A DNA stretch of 64,000 nucleotides, from the NCBI GenBank assembly GCA_965644315.1, contig CBFFRQ010000149.1:48941-112940 (forward strand). Direction: 5' to 3'. A model generated the notes under the pieces. It was not told the DNA's origin. It was given only the letters and a program-made list of their open reading frames with translations, and did not search any database. Origin of the DNA: Caecitellus pseudoparvulus (Eukaryota; Protista; Bigyra: Bicosoecida). Each line of letters begins with the position of its first letter. The stretch's first letter is position 1. Shown piece by piece: positions 32,901-44,166 of this stretch. The translations under genes and the position numbers were made by a program.

Positions 32901-33591
32901 CCGTCACCGATCCTCTGCAGGGGTACTAGAGGGGTACTAGACGCTACTAGGCTGAGTGTGCGAGTACGCAACCTCAAAACGAGGCTTGGAGGGTGCTTGA
33001 GTTTAACGAAATGTCTAGTATCGGTCTCTAGGAGCCATACTGATTGTCTTCTGTGCTGGGGGGGAGTGGAATTCTTGACAATGCAGGCGTGCCTTTTCCA
33101 GATGTGTCCCCTCACCCACCCCCACCGGTTCGTGGACTGGGGTGCAAAAATAGATGCGCGTTATTTTTATACAAATTGATTCATCAGCGGGTACTCATAC
33201 TGCATGCCGAGTTTTACATCGCTGAGAACTGATTCTGCATCAGCAGGTGTGTCTCAACACGTGGACCCTTGGTGCGGAAATTGCTTGTTCACGGCGAGGC
33301 ACCCAAGCTCAGCGTGGAATGTAAGTGGTTGGCTCCCTTCACAAAAATGGCCGTCAGGATGTCATAGCATAGTCGTTTGGTGCGTTCTACATGCGAGTGG
33401 AACTGCTTCTTTCTACTTGAGCGCTGGGCTTGGCTACGCGGGCTGACTGGCTCTCGGGCTATTTGGCGAACTCGTCGTCCGGTCGTAAAGTAACTTGCTT
33501 AGCTCGTGTGCCCGAGAAAGCGGCTGCTTGAACCCACGTCAAGTATCTCAGCCTTTCAACGGATGTTTACAAGTTGCACCTGTTGCGGCTT

Positions 33592-34946
33592 GGGTGCACT
33601 TATCGAGTCATGCATTGAACCCGCATCACCTAGCGGCAGCACCACTGCCAGAGTCTTCGGTCATCATACGCTGCGCAGCTGCTACGCCAGCGTTGGCTGT
33701 AGATGCTAGAGGCTGATCCGCATGTTGGTTGCGCTCTGCGCCAGGGCCAGCTGCACGGCGGGGCCCAACGCCACGCCATCCGCCTGCCCCATGTGCAGCA
33801 GGAACGCCGCTGCGGCAGGGGACCCCCCCGTGGCCGGCGTCAGGCATCGCAGCATGAGGGCCAGGGTGGTGAGGGAGGGCGGGACGCCGCTGCCCTTCAT
33901 GGCGCGCCAGGTGCGTGCCAGCCAGTCTAGGGTGAGGCCCCCCCTCCCTGGGATCTCATGTGCCTGGCGCACAGCTGTGTGGGGCGGCTGGCGGTGCCTC
34001 TGGTGGCGCTTGTCATGGGGGGCCGTGCCTAGTCCAGTGGCCGCCCGGGGCGTGTCCGCTGAGGGTGTGTACCCCCGAGGCGTGCCGGCCACAGGGATGC
34101 TTGACAGCTGTGGCGGCACGAGGGAGATGCCAGGGGGTGTGGCGGCAGCCACAGATGCCATCGCGGCGCCAAAACCGAACGGGTCCCCTGCAGCGGGGGA
34201 TGGGCCCCCCTCTCCGCCCTGCAGCGCGTCGCCCAGCCGCGTCGCCCCCCTCCCGCCAGCTGTTCCAGGAGACCGGCACATCGCTGGAGAAGGTGGGCGG
34301 GCCAGGTGGCGAGAGTGTGTGGGTCCCGAGGCTGCATGAGCCCTCCCCGCCTCTACCAGGGAGTGGCAGGCACTTCTCGACTGCCAGTCGTCACGCGGCG
34401 ACTGGCTTGGCCGGGGTGGGAGGCAGTGGCAAGGTGGTGACCCCCTGCACCCCCCCTCCCTCCTCCTGCACATCCACCACCACACGCCTGGTGAGCTTGC
34501 GGGGAGGGAAGGACGACTCACGCAGGGGGGGTCTTGCCCTGGAGGGGGGGCTGTGCCCCACGGCTCTGTGCTGGCGGGCACGCCGTGCCGCGACACGCAG
34601 CGCAACAGAGCGTGCCAGGTGCTGCGCGAGGCAGGGGCAGCGGAGGCCCCCTGCGCCGTGGACATGAGGCACACTGCTTCGCGGGTGTGCTGGGCAGCTG
34701 GCGACAGCGGGGCCAGCGCTTCCAGCACCTCGCGTGTCAGGTGTGGCGATGCGGTGACCTGCCGGCGCAGCAGCGTGTCCCGCAGGAAGGCGGCAGCCTG
34801 CGGAGTGGAACTCTGGCGCACCATGGCGCGAAGGACATGCCCCAGCGGCCACGTCACATTGGCACCAGGCTCTGCGCTGCGAAGGAAGGTCTCCACCTCG
34901 GCTCGCCCGGCAGCCATTGCCCCGTCAGCATAGGCAGCGTGCACCC
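33592..34946. mobile_element. Non-autonomous mini-element (1355 bp) with 8-bp TIR GGGTGCAC/GTGCACCC and 4-bp TSD GCTT, carrying a PPR-like gene fragment
   Basis: gctt|gggtgcac at 33588-33599 and gtgcaccc|gctt at 34939-34950. Removing it restores a transposase-like end ...GPSGKPQQVQLVNIR*. Confidence 0.6.
33736..34946 (-). pseudogene. Captured fragment of a host PPR-like helical-repeat gene
   Basis: WRAMKGSGVPPSLTTLALMLRCL and SRSTWHALLRC resemble PPR motifs. Markedly higher GC than the flanking transposon DNA; no own start. Confidence 0.55.
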
Positions 34947-35127
34947 GCTTGCCGGAGGGCCCAGCGCGCAGCCAGTGGGGTGTGAGATTCTCGTCTGTGG
35001 TGCCCTGCGTGGCCATGTGCTGGGCGAGACGGGTACAGGTCTGACCGGCGAAGCGAGACCCGTTCACGACGCGCTAGCCTTGTGCCTCGGAAGGGGTGCA
35101 CTTATCGAGTCATGCATTGAACCCGCA

Positions 35128-38100
35128 TCACCTAGCGGCAGCACCACTGCCAGAGTCTTCGGTCATCATACGCTGCGCAGCTGCTACGCCAGCGTTGGCT
35201 GTAGATGCTAGAGGCTGACCCGCATGTTGGTTGCGCTGCTTGCCGGAGGGCCCAGCGCGCAGCCAGTGGGGTGTGAGATTCTCGTCTGTGGTGTCCTGCG
35301 TGGCCATGTGCTGGGCGAGATGGGTACAGGCCTGGCCGGCGAAGCAAGACCCGTTCACGACGCGCCAGCCTTGCGTCTCGGAAGGGATGGGCTTCACGCT
35401 GTGCCAGCCACTGACGCCGTCAAACGCGGTGTCCACTGCAATGCATAGGAACCACAAGTGCCGTGGGTCGGGCAACTCTGAACGCCGTTGGGGGGGACAA
35501 AGGCACAGCACTACGTCCAACAGCTCCCGCTGCATACTGGGGCGGGCTGTTCCTTCTTCGTACTCCGGAAGCACGAGATTGTCTACGTAAGCCGGTAGCT
35601 GGACGGCGTTCGTGATGCCAGAGGAGAAAGTGAGGCGCACCTTGTCGCACTGCACCAGCGGACGCAAGCTTGTGCCTTCTGGTACGTCCTCCGTGTGCAA
35701 CATCCACCCAGAGCCGATATCGCGAAGATCAAGCCAGGCTTGGATGGTCTTCTTGCAAGGGTGTCTGGAGATGTCCGGGGCCTGGCCAACGTGGCTCTTG
35801 ATGGGCACGCACACCGTCGGCCAGGCCATGCCGTCCGGATTCACCGGCGCCAAGAGATCGCCGCCTTCCCGCCGAGCGAGGGCTGTCCACCCGCCTGGTG
35901 AGGCCTTGAATCCGGCCAAAGGCTCCCACTCGGTTTTTTGAAAAGATGAAAGATATGCTGCACGTTTCAGCACCCGAAGCTTGGCCCCCCCCACACCCAG
36001 GTTCGTGGATCGGTGGAGACGGTTCACAACGGTGTGAAACGTCTCCCCGATGTCGGTGTCCACAGCCTCAAGGCTCCCGAACCACCACATGCACCACCCC
36101 ATGTGCGTCATGGCATGGGCCTTGGGGTACGCGACGTCCGATGCGTCGCGGTCAGCAGAGGCCAGGCTGGCCTCCACCACCTGAAAGGCGACCATGGCCC
36201 GAGCGCACCACTGCGCCAAGCGGCAAGGGTCTCCCGCTCCTGCCACGGCCCTGCCATAGATAAAATGCACAAGCACCTCCAGCACGCCACACGCCGCCTG
36301 CAAGGCATTCCGCAGCCGGGGATCCCCCACGATCGCATCATCCCTGCCGAGCAGGAGCGGCAACCAAGGCAGGGCTGCAAGGCGCTCTTCTGCCGTCAAC
36401 TTCGCTGTACCGGAGAGGATCGATCCCGCCAATCCTTCCCGTAGACCCATCAGTCGTACCCCATCAACATTGCGGGGCTTGCAGGTCGCAGCGCGGGACT
36501 CAAACTCCTCCTTGCGACTCGCTTGACTCCCTGGCCCGCGAGCCTCCCAGGCTCGTCGGAAGTGACCCCAGACCTTCTCACCTGTCACGGCAGAGGCCAC
36601 CACATGGGTACGGTCGGTTGGACGAGCCGCGTAGGGGGATCCACCGGGGAACAACGCACTGTACCTTTCACAAGCACACACGTGCTGGGGGTACTTGCGC
36701 TGGTTTAGCACGGCTTTCACGTTGTCTGGCAAGCCCATCCCTTTCCTGCGGGCCTCCTCTGCTGCATCAAGGGCGTCCTGGTGCTCCCGAGGTGCCCGAT
36801 GTGTGCAGGCTTCCAGGCAGGCGACGCATGGGGGGACGACGAAGGCCGGCTTGGGCAAGCCGGCGGCAGAGTCTTGCTTCTTCGGGGGGAGGCATGTACA
36901 GTGGGTGCTTCGGAGCTGTTTGAGGTTAAGAAGAACCCACGCCTCCTTGAAGTCCAGTGACAGGACAGCGATGAAGACCCGCACCTTGCAGTGGTACACG
37001 GGGCGGCCGCCTCGCTGTCTCCGGACTATGCTCACCCCCAGCGCCTCCAGCCGCGCTGCTGCCTCTGCATCCTCGGTGGATGCGAAGAAGTCCTCGGCAA
37101 CATTGCCCTCCTGGATGGGCTTGAGGAGGAGCTCCTCGAGCTCGGCCTGCCTCGCCAGGTGGCGCTGCAGGCCACCATCCTCGTCCTTGGAGGGCAGGTC
37201 AGCATCCCCTGACAGCAAGCCCACAAGAGTCGATGCGGACGTACTCCTGGCCTGCGCCGTGCCAATGCAGAGCGGGCCGACGGACAGGGGGCGCACCATC
37301 GTCTTGGAGCGCCTGTCCAGCACAGCGTCATCCAGGAAGACGCGGATGGGCATGGGCAGGGCGTGGTCAGCCAGCGCCTCCCTCCAGCACACCCGCATGC
37401 ACTCGCCGGATGCAAATCCGGAGTACGTGCGGGTGCTCGGGTCCATGCCACCCGCGCTTGTGGGCGCCTGCAGGCCTGCCCCCGCCTTCCACGTCGTGTC
37501 AGGGAGGCGTGTCAGGGTGGCCCCTGGGCAGTTGCGTACAAAGTGGCGATATGCTAGCTCGTCTGCCTGCTTAAACAAGGAGATGCTCGTCTCCGCCTCT
37601 GCACGGGTGCTGGGAACCTGCACGTCAGGCACTTGCATGGGATCTGGGACCGTACCTGCCCCCTTGACAGGCATCATGGTTGACACGTCATGGTTGGCGG
37701 CCATATCCTGGAGCACTGCCTTGACGTTCAAACTCGGCACTCGAAGTGGTGGCCTTTCCTGGCAATACTGCACTTCAACTTCCTCTGGCTTTTCCACCCC
37801 AGGCTGCTTTGCCTGCATACGCTCATGCCTGGCAAGCTCCTTTGTTGGATGGCGTGGTTTGTTTGCCTCGATGAGTTGCAGTGCGTCGTCTAGCGAGTCT
37901 GCCGATTTCAGGATGCTGATAGTCCAAGCCCAGTCAAAGGTTCGAACAGCATGAATGCCTGATCCAGTGCATGCGGTGCGAAGCATGACTTTCACCGCGT
38001 GGGAGTTGGGGGTGTCCTGGATCGTTGGCGTCTCCTCCCGCAGGGATGGCTCGGGCTCCCTGCCCATGTCCTCATGCTCTGTGCCGACGATGTCGCTTTG

Positions 38101-38565
38101 GCCATCCAAGTCCTCAAGACCTGCTCCACGGTCGGAATCATCTGAGGCCTCGTCACTCCACACATGTGGACCGGGTCCACACGCGTCGGGGTGGCTCGCT
38201 GTGCCTTCCTCAGCGGAGGGCTGTCCGAGCGTGGATGTCGTGGGTGAGGCTTGACTGGCTTGTTGGGATCCAGCGCCACTCGATTCAAGTGAACCAGGGA
38301 CCCCCGGAGCAAAGTCCCACACCTCCCCGCTCTCCAATCTTCCACTTTGCTGGGGTGCAGTTTGCCCAGCATCAGTGCGGGGTACTTTACGTGTTGGAAT
38401 ATCCCCTGCATCCAACAAGTTCGCCGGCAAGATCCTGCGGTGTCTCCCAGCGCCAACCACATGGGGGTTGGCGCTACAGAACCTTTGGTGCTGGAGAATA
38501 TGTCCTGCTAAGGGCGCTGTCTTCCCACAGAATGGACAGTAGGGGACTTCGTGGCCGCCTTCCAT
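35128..38565 (-). CDS. Plavaka transposase with N-terminal C2H2/C2HC zinc finger
   Basis: ATG at 38565 (MEGGHEVPYCPFCGK...HQRFC). Motifs YSGFASGE..., PIRVFLDD, LSLDFKE..CTC, DRTH, and YPKAHAMTH...FGSL...TDIGETFH...RSTN match the Plavaka/CACTA-like pattern. The last ~35 aa derive from the rearranged segment. Confidence 0.8.
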   Translation of the reverse strand: MEGGHEVPYCPFCGKTAPLAGHILQHQRFCSANPHVVGAGRHRRILPANLLDAGDIPTRKVPRTDAGQTAPQQSGRLESGEVWDFAPGVPGSLESSGAGSQQASQASPTTSTLGQPSAEEGTASHPDACGPGPHVWSDEASDDSDRGAGLEDLDGQSDIVGTEHEDMGREPEPSLREETPTIQDTPNSHAVKVMLRTACTGSGIHAVRTFDWAWTISILKSADSLDDALQLIEANKPRHPTKELARHERMQAKQPGVEKPEEVEVQYCQERPPLRVPSLNVKAVLQDMAANHDVSTMMPVKGAGTVPDPMQVPDVQVPSTRAEAETSISLFKQADELAYRHFVRNCPGATLTRLPDTTWKAGAGLQAPTSAGGMDPSTRTYSGFASGECMRVCWREALADHALPMPIRVFLDDAVLDRRSKTMVRPLSVGPLCIGTAQARSTSASTLVGLLSGDADLPSKDEDGGLQRHLARQAELEELLLKPIQEGNVAEDFFASTEDAEAAARLEALGVSIVRRQRGGRPVYHCKVRVFIAVLSLDFKEAWVLLNLKQLRSTHCTCLPPKKQDSAAGLPKPAFVVPPCVACLEACTHRAPREHQDALDAAEEARRKGMGLPDNVKAVLNQRKYPQHVCACERYSALFPGGSPYAARPTDRTHVVASAVTGEKVWGHFRRAWEARGPGSQASRKEEFESRAATCKPRNVDGVRLMGLREGLAGSILSGTAKLTAEERLAALPWLPLLLGRDDAIVGDPRLRNALQAACGVLEVLVHFIYGRAVAGAGDPCRLAQWCARAMVAFQVVEASLASADRDASDVAYPKAHAMTHMGWCMWWFGSLEAVDTDIGETFHTVVNRLHRSTNLGVGGAKLRVLKRAAYLSSFQKTEWEPLAGFKASPGGWTALARREGGDLLAPVNPDGMAWPTVCVPIKSHVGQAPDISRHPCKKTIQAWLDLRDIGSGWMLHTEDVPEGTSLRPLVQCDKVRLTFSSGITNAVQLPAYVDNLVLPEYEEGTARPSMQRELLDVVLCLCPPQRRSELPDPRHLWFLCIAVDTAFDGVSGWHSVKPIPSETQGWRVVNGSCFAGQACTHLAQHMATQDTTDENLTPHWLRAGPSGKQRNQHAGQPLASTANAGVAAAQRMMTEDSGSGAAAR

Positions 38566-38720
38566 GTCTCGGGCTGTCGCTGTGAAGTCCCAATATCCGC
38601 ACGGGAGGGGTGCTGACAATTCCTTAGTGCTGCAACTTTCAGACAAATACAAAACGCTCAAGCAACAATTTAAAGCCTGGTGAATTTGTTCCCCGTGACA
38701 GGCGAAGCCACCTTTTTCCC

Positions 38721-40523
38721 ATGAGCGACCCAGGTGAGGGGGCGAGGGCGGGTGCCGACCCACGCCAGTCCCGAGTGGCTGACAGACTCGCATCCGCAAC
38801 AGCCTTCGATGAAGCGGCACTCGAGATCGTCCAGCGGTTCTTGGAGGCTTCTAATGAACAGCTGCAAGAATCTAGCTCCCATGGGCGCCAGCCACCACGA
38901 GGTGAGCACGCAGCAGTTGGAGTGCGCGTTTCAAAGTTTGGCCACCCCGCCGTTCACTCGTGCAGAAACCCGCCTGCTTCGCTCACTACTTGCAAGTGCC
39001 ACTCGTTCGATCACACCAAGTATGTCCCAATTGTCACAAGAAGCTGGTGAGTTTGTTTGCATTTCTTGAGCATGCCAAGCATACAGCCAAGCGAAGGTGG
39101 TCGGACTCGAGCCATTTCAGGTGGCGCTGGCTCTCAATTCGACATGGACAACTCGCTGGCCCAAGCATCATTTCCCCCAAGAATCAAGTCGTGGTTCCAG
39201 CCAGACTGTACTGTCACTGGCAAGGAAATGAACCTGCTGGTAGGTTTCATGTTCGGCTGCTTGAGGAACGCGTACTCGCTCGCTTCCATCGCTTTATGTG
39301 CCAAGGCTGACGCCAAGGCATCCCAGAAGCATTCATGCACGAAGAAAAAGGCTGCAGCCGAAAAGGCGGCTAAGCGACGAAAGCAAGCCGTGGAAAGTGG
39401 CTTTTTCTTGATGTACACCAGCCAATCTGTGGCTGGCACCGCACTTCGCCGTCTGTGGAGCATCGCTGTGATGAAGAGTGGGAGCGGCATATTTTGCTCT
39501 GAACTTCTGGCGATGGTCAGAGAGCTTGCAAAAACTAGGGGGGGCGTATTGCCACCTTGGATGCGTCGCCTGGGGTTGAAGTCTCCCCTCGAGGGGGTGG
39601 ACGTGGAGGAACATGATGGTATCTGGGCCAAAGTCTCACAGGCTATCCAGCAGCTGGACACAACGTCGAATGGCATCGATGCCGGTATTCACAAAGCTCG
39701 CATGCGGGCAAGGACACGAATTGAAAGGCTTGGCGGCGGACTTGGTTTCAGGAAGTACATAGGCTCCGATCTTGTGCAGCGATCTCGCCAAGTCGCTGAT
39801 GGATTTGGCATGGAGGTCACAGTACTCGTGGGTCATACGCATATCAAACAAAGAGCCGCTTGGCGAAGACGGGCGAAAAGCGGCCAGCCGCTAGAGGACT
39901 TCAGCGTTGCTGAGATCCAGCGCTTTCATGTAGAAAACTTTCGCCGCATATCAGTGCTTGGGACCGAACTCACCCCACCGAAGCTGACTGAACTTCTTCT
40001 CGTGTCAATGGATGCCGAGGGACCCGACGAACGCTACACGAAAATCAGGAAGCTGTACGAACTTGTGTGTGCGATGTACCACGGAGCTGTGCGTAGCGGT
40101 AACCCTATGGACAGCGGATGGGGGGACATGGAACCGCCGGACATGCCCGAGTCGGGGAGCTTTCACACACTGTCGTGGGAGTACATTCACCTCCTCCTTC
40201 CATTCCTTGCCCTTGCATGGTTGGAAGCGCGGCGAGAGGCGGTACGGCCGGGGAGGGTTGAGTGGGTGTTGGAGGCGATGGTTGACCTGCACTCTGAGGA
40301 GGAGCTGGCCGAGTTTCTGGAGGACTACCGACGCAACAGTGGAAGTGACGCGTCTTTGAGCCATGAAAGCTGCGATGCAGTTGACATGACGACGCTTGGT
40401 GGGGCAAAGCGTGGTCGCAGTCGCGGAGGGTGTCGAACAACCCGCAGGCAAAAGGTTCGCAGATTGGCCGCAGACGCAAGCTCCGACTCCGAAGATGAGT
40501 GGGACTTCGATCAACCCTTTTAA
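38721..40523 (+). CDS. Orphan accessory gene of the Plavaka element (probably spliced)
   Basis: Head-to-head with the transposase (155-bp spacer). ATG ORF 38721-39050 has gtgag donor candidates, then a 488-codon ORF with a basic NLS-like and acidic tail. Confidence 0.6.
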
Positions 40524-42289
40524 ATTCAAGTTGGCGGAATGCAAGCAAAGCTCGATTGTTTTGGTCACGTTCATCTTGCTTTGTTTGCCTTGCTCAATTC
40601 CACCGCTGAAACAGTTGGAGCGCGGTGCTCGGCGTTGTCGCTCAGAAGTCGCATGCTCAATGCACCACTTTCCCATTTTATCTTCCGTTGGAGCTTGCTG
40701 AGTGATTGGATGTCGAGGTCTTATGTTTCCGCATCTGCGCTCAGTTAAGAAAGGCCACATTGTCAAGTTCGAAGCGCCATTTGGGTGTGCACCAGCCGGC
40801 ACTTCCCACACGAGGGAGCAAATTCGCACACGCAAGGAAGTGTTGCCGCTTCAACCTTCAAGGCAGCATTCGCATGCCCCATGCCTCTTCAGGCCGTAAC
40901 CACCCGGCGCCGAAGAAGCAGTCCTGAACCAGCCGTTTGTGTGCGCCTCCAACAATTTCCGCAACCAAACCACCCGAGCACTACTCCCCTCCCCTCAGCA
41001 CAGTATGCCATATACTCTCGTCGTGCGTGAAAATATATGCACTCAAAACACGTCTTCGTTGGTATGGCCTCGCTCTGCTTGACTTTGCACTTGCGGACGT
41101 GTCGCTAACGGCACCCTCGTTTCTACGCGCGAAACGGCAGCTGCGAGCTCACTGATTAATCTGCCCTTTCCCTTGCTCGCAACCATACCAGGCATGTACA
41201 ATAACAGGGAATTCAAGACAGGTGAGGATGCATAAGCCAGCACAGTACACAGCCGCCAGAGCCAAGGGTAGGCACCTACACACTGAAGTCGACTTGGGCA
41301 AGTACCACCTCACAACCCGACCACAAGCCCCCTGCCCCGACACAGGAAAATCACGCCTCGCAAGAGATCCGTATCACCCTAGTACACAATACGAAAGGCC
41401 TTGTGTCCAGCCATATTCCCTGCAGCCAGGTACGTTACGTGGCTGACGCATCATTCGCCCAGGTGGGCGAAGTCCACGCTTATGCCAAGCTCCAACGCAC
41501 CCCAAGGGCTGCACGCGGCAAAATACATTGACAAACAAACCCACATTGCATTGAGGTTCATTTCATGTAGTTTTAGCGCCGGAAAAGCCACTTTCATTCT
41601 GGCAATATCTAGTAACATCTTGTACGCGCACAAGAACAGTATGGCATCTAGTACCCCCCTTGCCTTGTAGCGTCTAGTACCCCTCTAGTACCCCTGCGGT
41701 GGAACGGTGACGGGGCGCCCAACTGCCAGCGAGCTTTCCGAGCCAAGGGCGTACGCCCAGGCGGTTTGGGGCATCTTACGACCTCAGTAAGCATACTCTG
41801 ATGAAGTCAATGCACTCCAAAGTTTGTCCGTGACCCATAGCCCTGCCACTGAGACACGGCCCAGCCAAGCTCACGCAAGCCAACCGCGCCCACGCACTTT
41901 CCATCTCGTTCCGAGGGCCGGACTCCAGAGTCCCTGGCTACCACGTTCCCCACATCAAAGGCGCCCAACTGCCCGCAGAGAGCTCGTAGTTCACTAGCGG
42001 GTGCTGGGAGTCGCTCCTCTTCCAAACCAGGTGCCACAATCACGACCCCGATACCGAGCTTCAACGTCAGTGTCCCAACCCAGGAGTGTTCCTGAAAGAG
42101 ATGCACAACATGGAGTCCCAAGCATACCAGTGTGAGCCTGTACAGTCCTTGGCACGAATCACAGCTGCATGGCGCGGTGCTGCTCTCGAGCCTGCGTTTC
42201 GCCTTGCCCGACTTGCTCGCAGCAATCTCGCACTTACCGTCACTGGAGTGGCAGGCAGGGCCCGTGGTGCCTGCCTCTTACCACACCCA

Positions 42290-43650
42290 AGACGCACATT
42301 CCAGCCTTGGAGGGCTTTGGATGCCTTCAGCCACCTCTGTCATACGCCACAGCAACGGTGATGCCTCCCCACACAAGAGCTGGCTCTGGCACTGGAGGCG
42401 CTGGCAGCCCTGACGGACCCCCCAGCCCCGGTGGCAAGTGGCTGCTGTCCCCATATCCTCTCTGAGACACAGCCAAACAGCACCTGCACCATACCCTTCC
42501 AAACGGCCACAGCACCACTTCGTGCAGCCAAGCTTTCGCCAGCGCAAGAGCCAAGGTGCGTGCCAGAGCTGCTGCGGCCAGCTGGTTGCTGCTGGGTGCC
42601 GCCCCTGTCGGCGACGAGCTCACCCAGCAGTGCTCCAAGGACGACGTGGCTCCTGAATGCCTTCCCAAGGCTACCTTGGGCACAATCATGCCTCCCAGCG
42701 CCGCTGCCTTTGCTGGCACAGTGGGTTCAGTGCTGGGCATGCTCATGGCGGTCCCTGTGCAGCCTGTGACCCTGGGCATGCTTGGAGCAACTGTCATGAC
42801 CTCCCGTACAGCACTGAGCCGGGCTAGGCTACCGCCCCAGCATGGCGAAGGGGTGCTGGTGGCCTTCCCACACGACCCTGCTGAGATAGGCTTTGTCGGC
42901 GCTGCAGGATGAGCAAGGCTTCGTGGACGCCGCGCTGAAGAAATATGCGACTAAGAAACGAGGCAACATGTTGTGCACGTCCGTCGAGCCATTTGATGTC
43001 ATGGAAGGCATGCCAGGCACCCTGGCAGGCACGGCATGTGCCGTCACGAAGGAACTATGGTCCGCACAGCTCGCCGCGAACGCCGCCCTGGCCGACTCCG
43101 CACACACCTTGCAGGACCAATGTCAGTCCATAGGAGCGCCATATCTTCTTGGCGATGTACTCGGCTCACCCCACTGCCAGGCCATGCCAGCGGAGCGAAC
43201 CAGTCCCGGTTTGTTGCTGCCACATACTGGGCTGTCTGAGGCGACACCCACAGCAACACGGCCAACTCACTCCACACAGATTCGGCACAATGGACACTAG
43301 AAAGATCCTGCAACACTCCTCAAGCCTCACTGATGGTGCCCCCAGCTCACTTCGAGGTGGCCGGCACAGCGCCAGGTTCGAACGCCAATACCGCTCAGGC
43401 CAAACGCCTAGCTCTCCCCATGCAATGTGCAGCACAACAGTGCACAGGTGGACAAGGAAGGGTAGCTCAAAGTCCCTCCGATCAGCTGGGGGACAACCTG
43501 CGGCAGCGCTGAGTGTTGGAGCAGGGCTAGTATTGTGCTGGGTGGGGTGGAGGGAGTTTCATCCTGAACGGCGCAGATTGAAAAGCCGCTTGCTGCAAAG
43601 TCTGGAGCACGCTGGAGGTACTGCCCGCGTGAGGCATGTCCTGCACATGT
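42290..43650 (+). repeat. Decayed dispersed repeat family R, copy 2
   Basis: Frameshifted, stop-containing homolog of copies 1 and 3. Confidence 0.8.
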
Positions 43651-44166
43651 CTGGATCCATTTCACTCTTCGGCACCGGGAAGCGTCACCTTGCCGGCGGC
43701 GAGAGTGCCCAGCCACTGTGGAGCTGGCGCTGGGCGGTGAAAAACGCGAGGCCACACCGTTGCAAGGCCAAGCTGGACACACTCCCTGCCTTGGCACAAC
43801 TCAAACCAAACATTGCTGTGGGCGACAGAAATCCAGCCTGGAAACAAAAATGCAATGAAGTCCACCAGCTCGCTTTCGTTGTGAGCCTATCTATCCGTGC
43901 ACTGTGCCAGGAGGTGGTGCGTGTCGCGCTGGCGTGTCGCCTTCCGTAGCGATTTCCGCACAAGCAACCCGGCCGCATTCTTCGCACAAACATGGACACA
44001 GCCACAGCATCTGCATGTTAACAGTCTTGACATTGACATTGTTCCACTGCTTCCTCTACTGCGCAGCTGTTGCTCTTCTCCGCAACATTACGGAGCTTCA
44101 CGTGCAGGAGCTCGTCTATACCTATCTTCAACTTCAGCTTCGGCCACTGGCATCCAGGCGTCATTC

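Larger units (their letters stand above)
32901..41713. mobile_element. Plavaka-type (CACTA/Mirage-related) DNA transposon, 8813 bp, with 51-bp imperfect TIRs
   Basis: 32901-32951 and 41663-41713 are inverted copies (47/51 identity) ending CCGTCACCG...CGGTGACGG, with tandem ctagtacccct subterminal motifs. They enclose the transposase and a divergent gene. No TSD seen. Confidence 0.75.

Noticed and set aside
39057-40523. Possible Fanzor/TnpB RNA-guided nuclease next to a transposase
   Set aside because: No RuvC motifs (D-P/L-G, E, DxNA) or zinc ribbon are visible.
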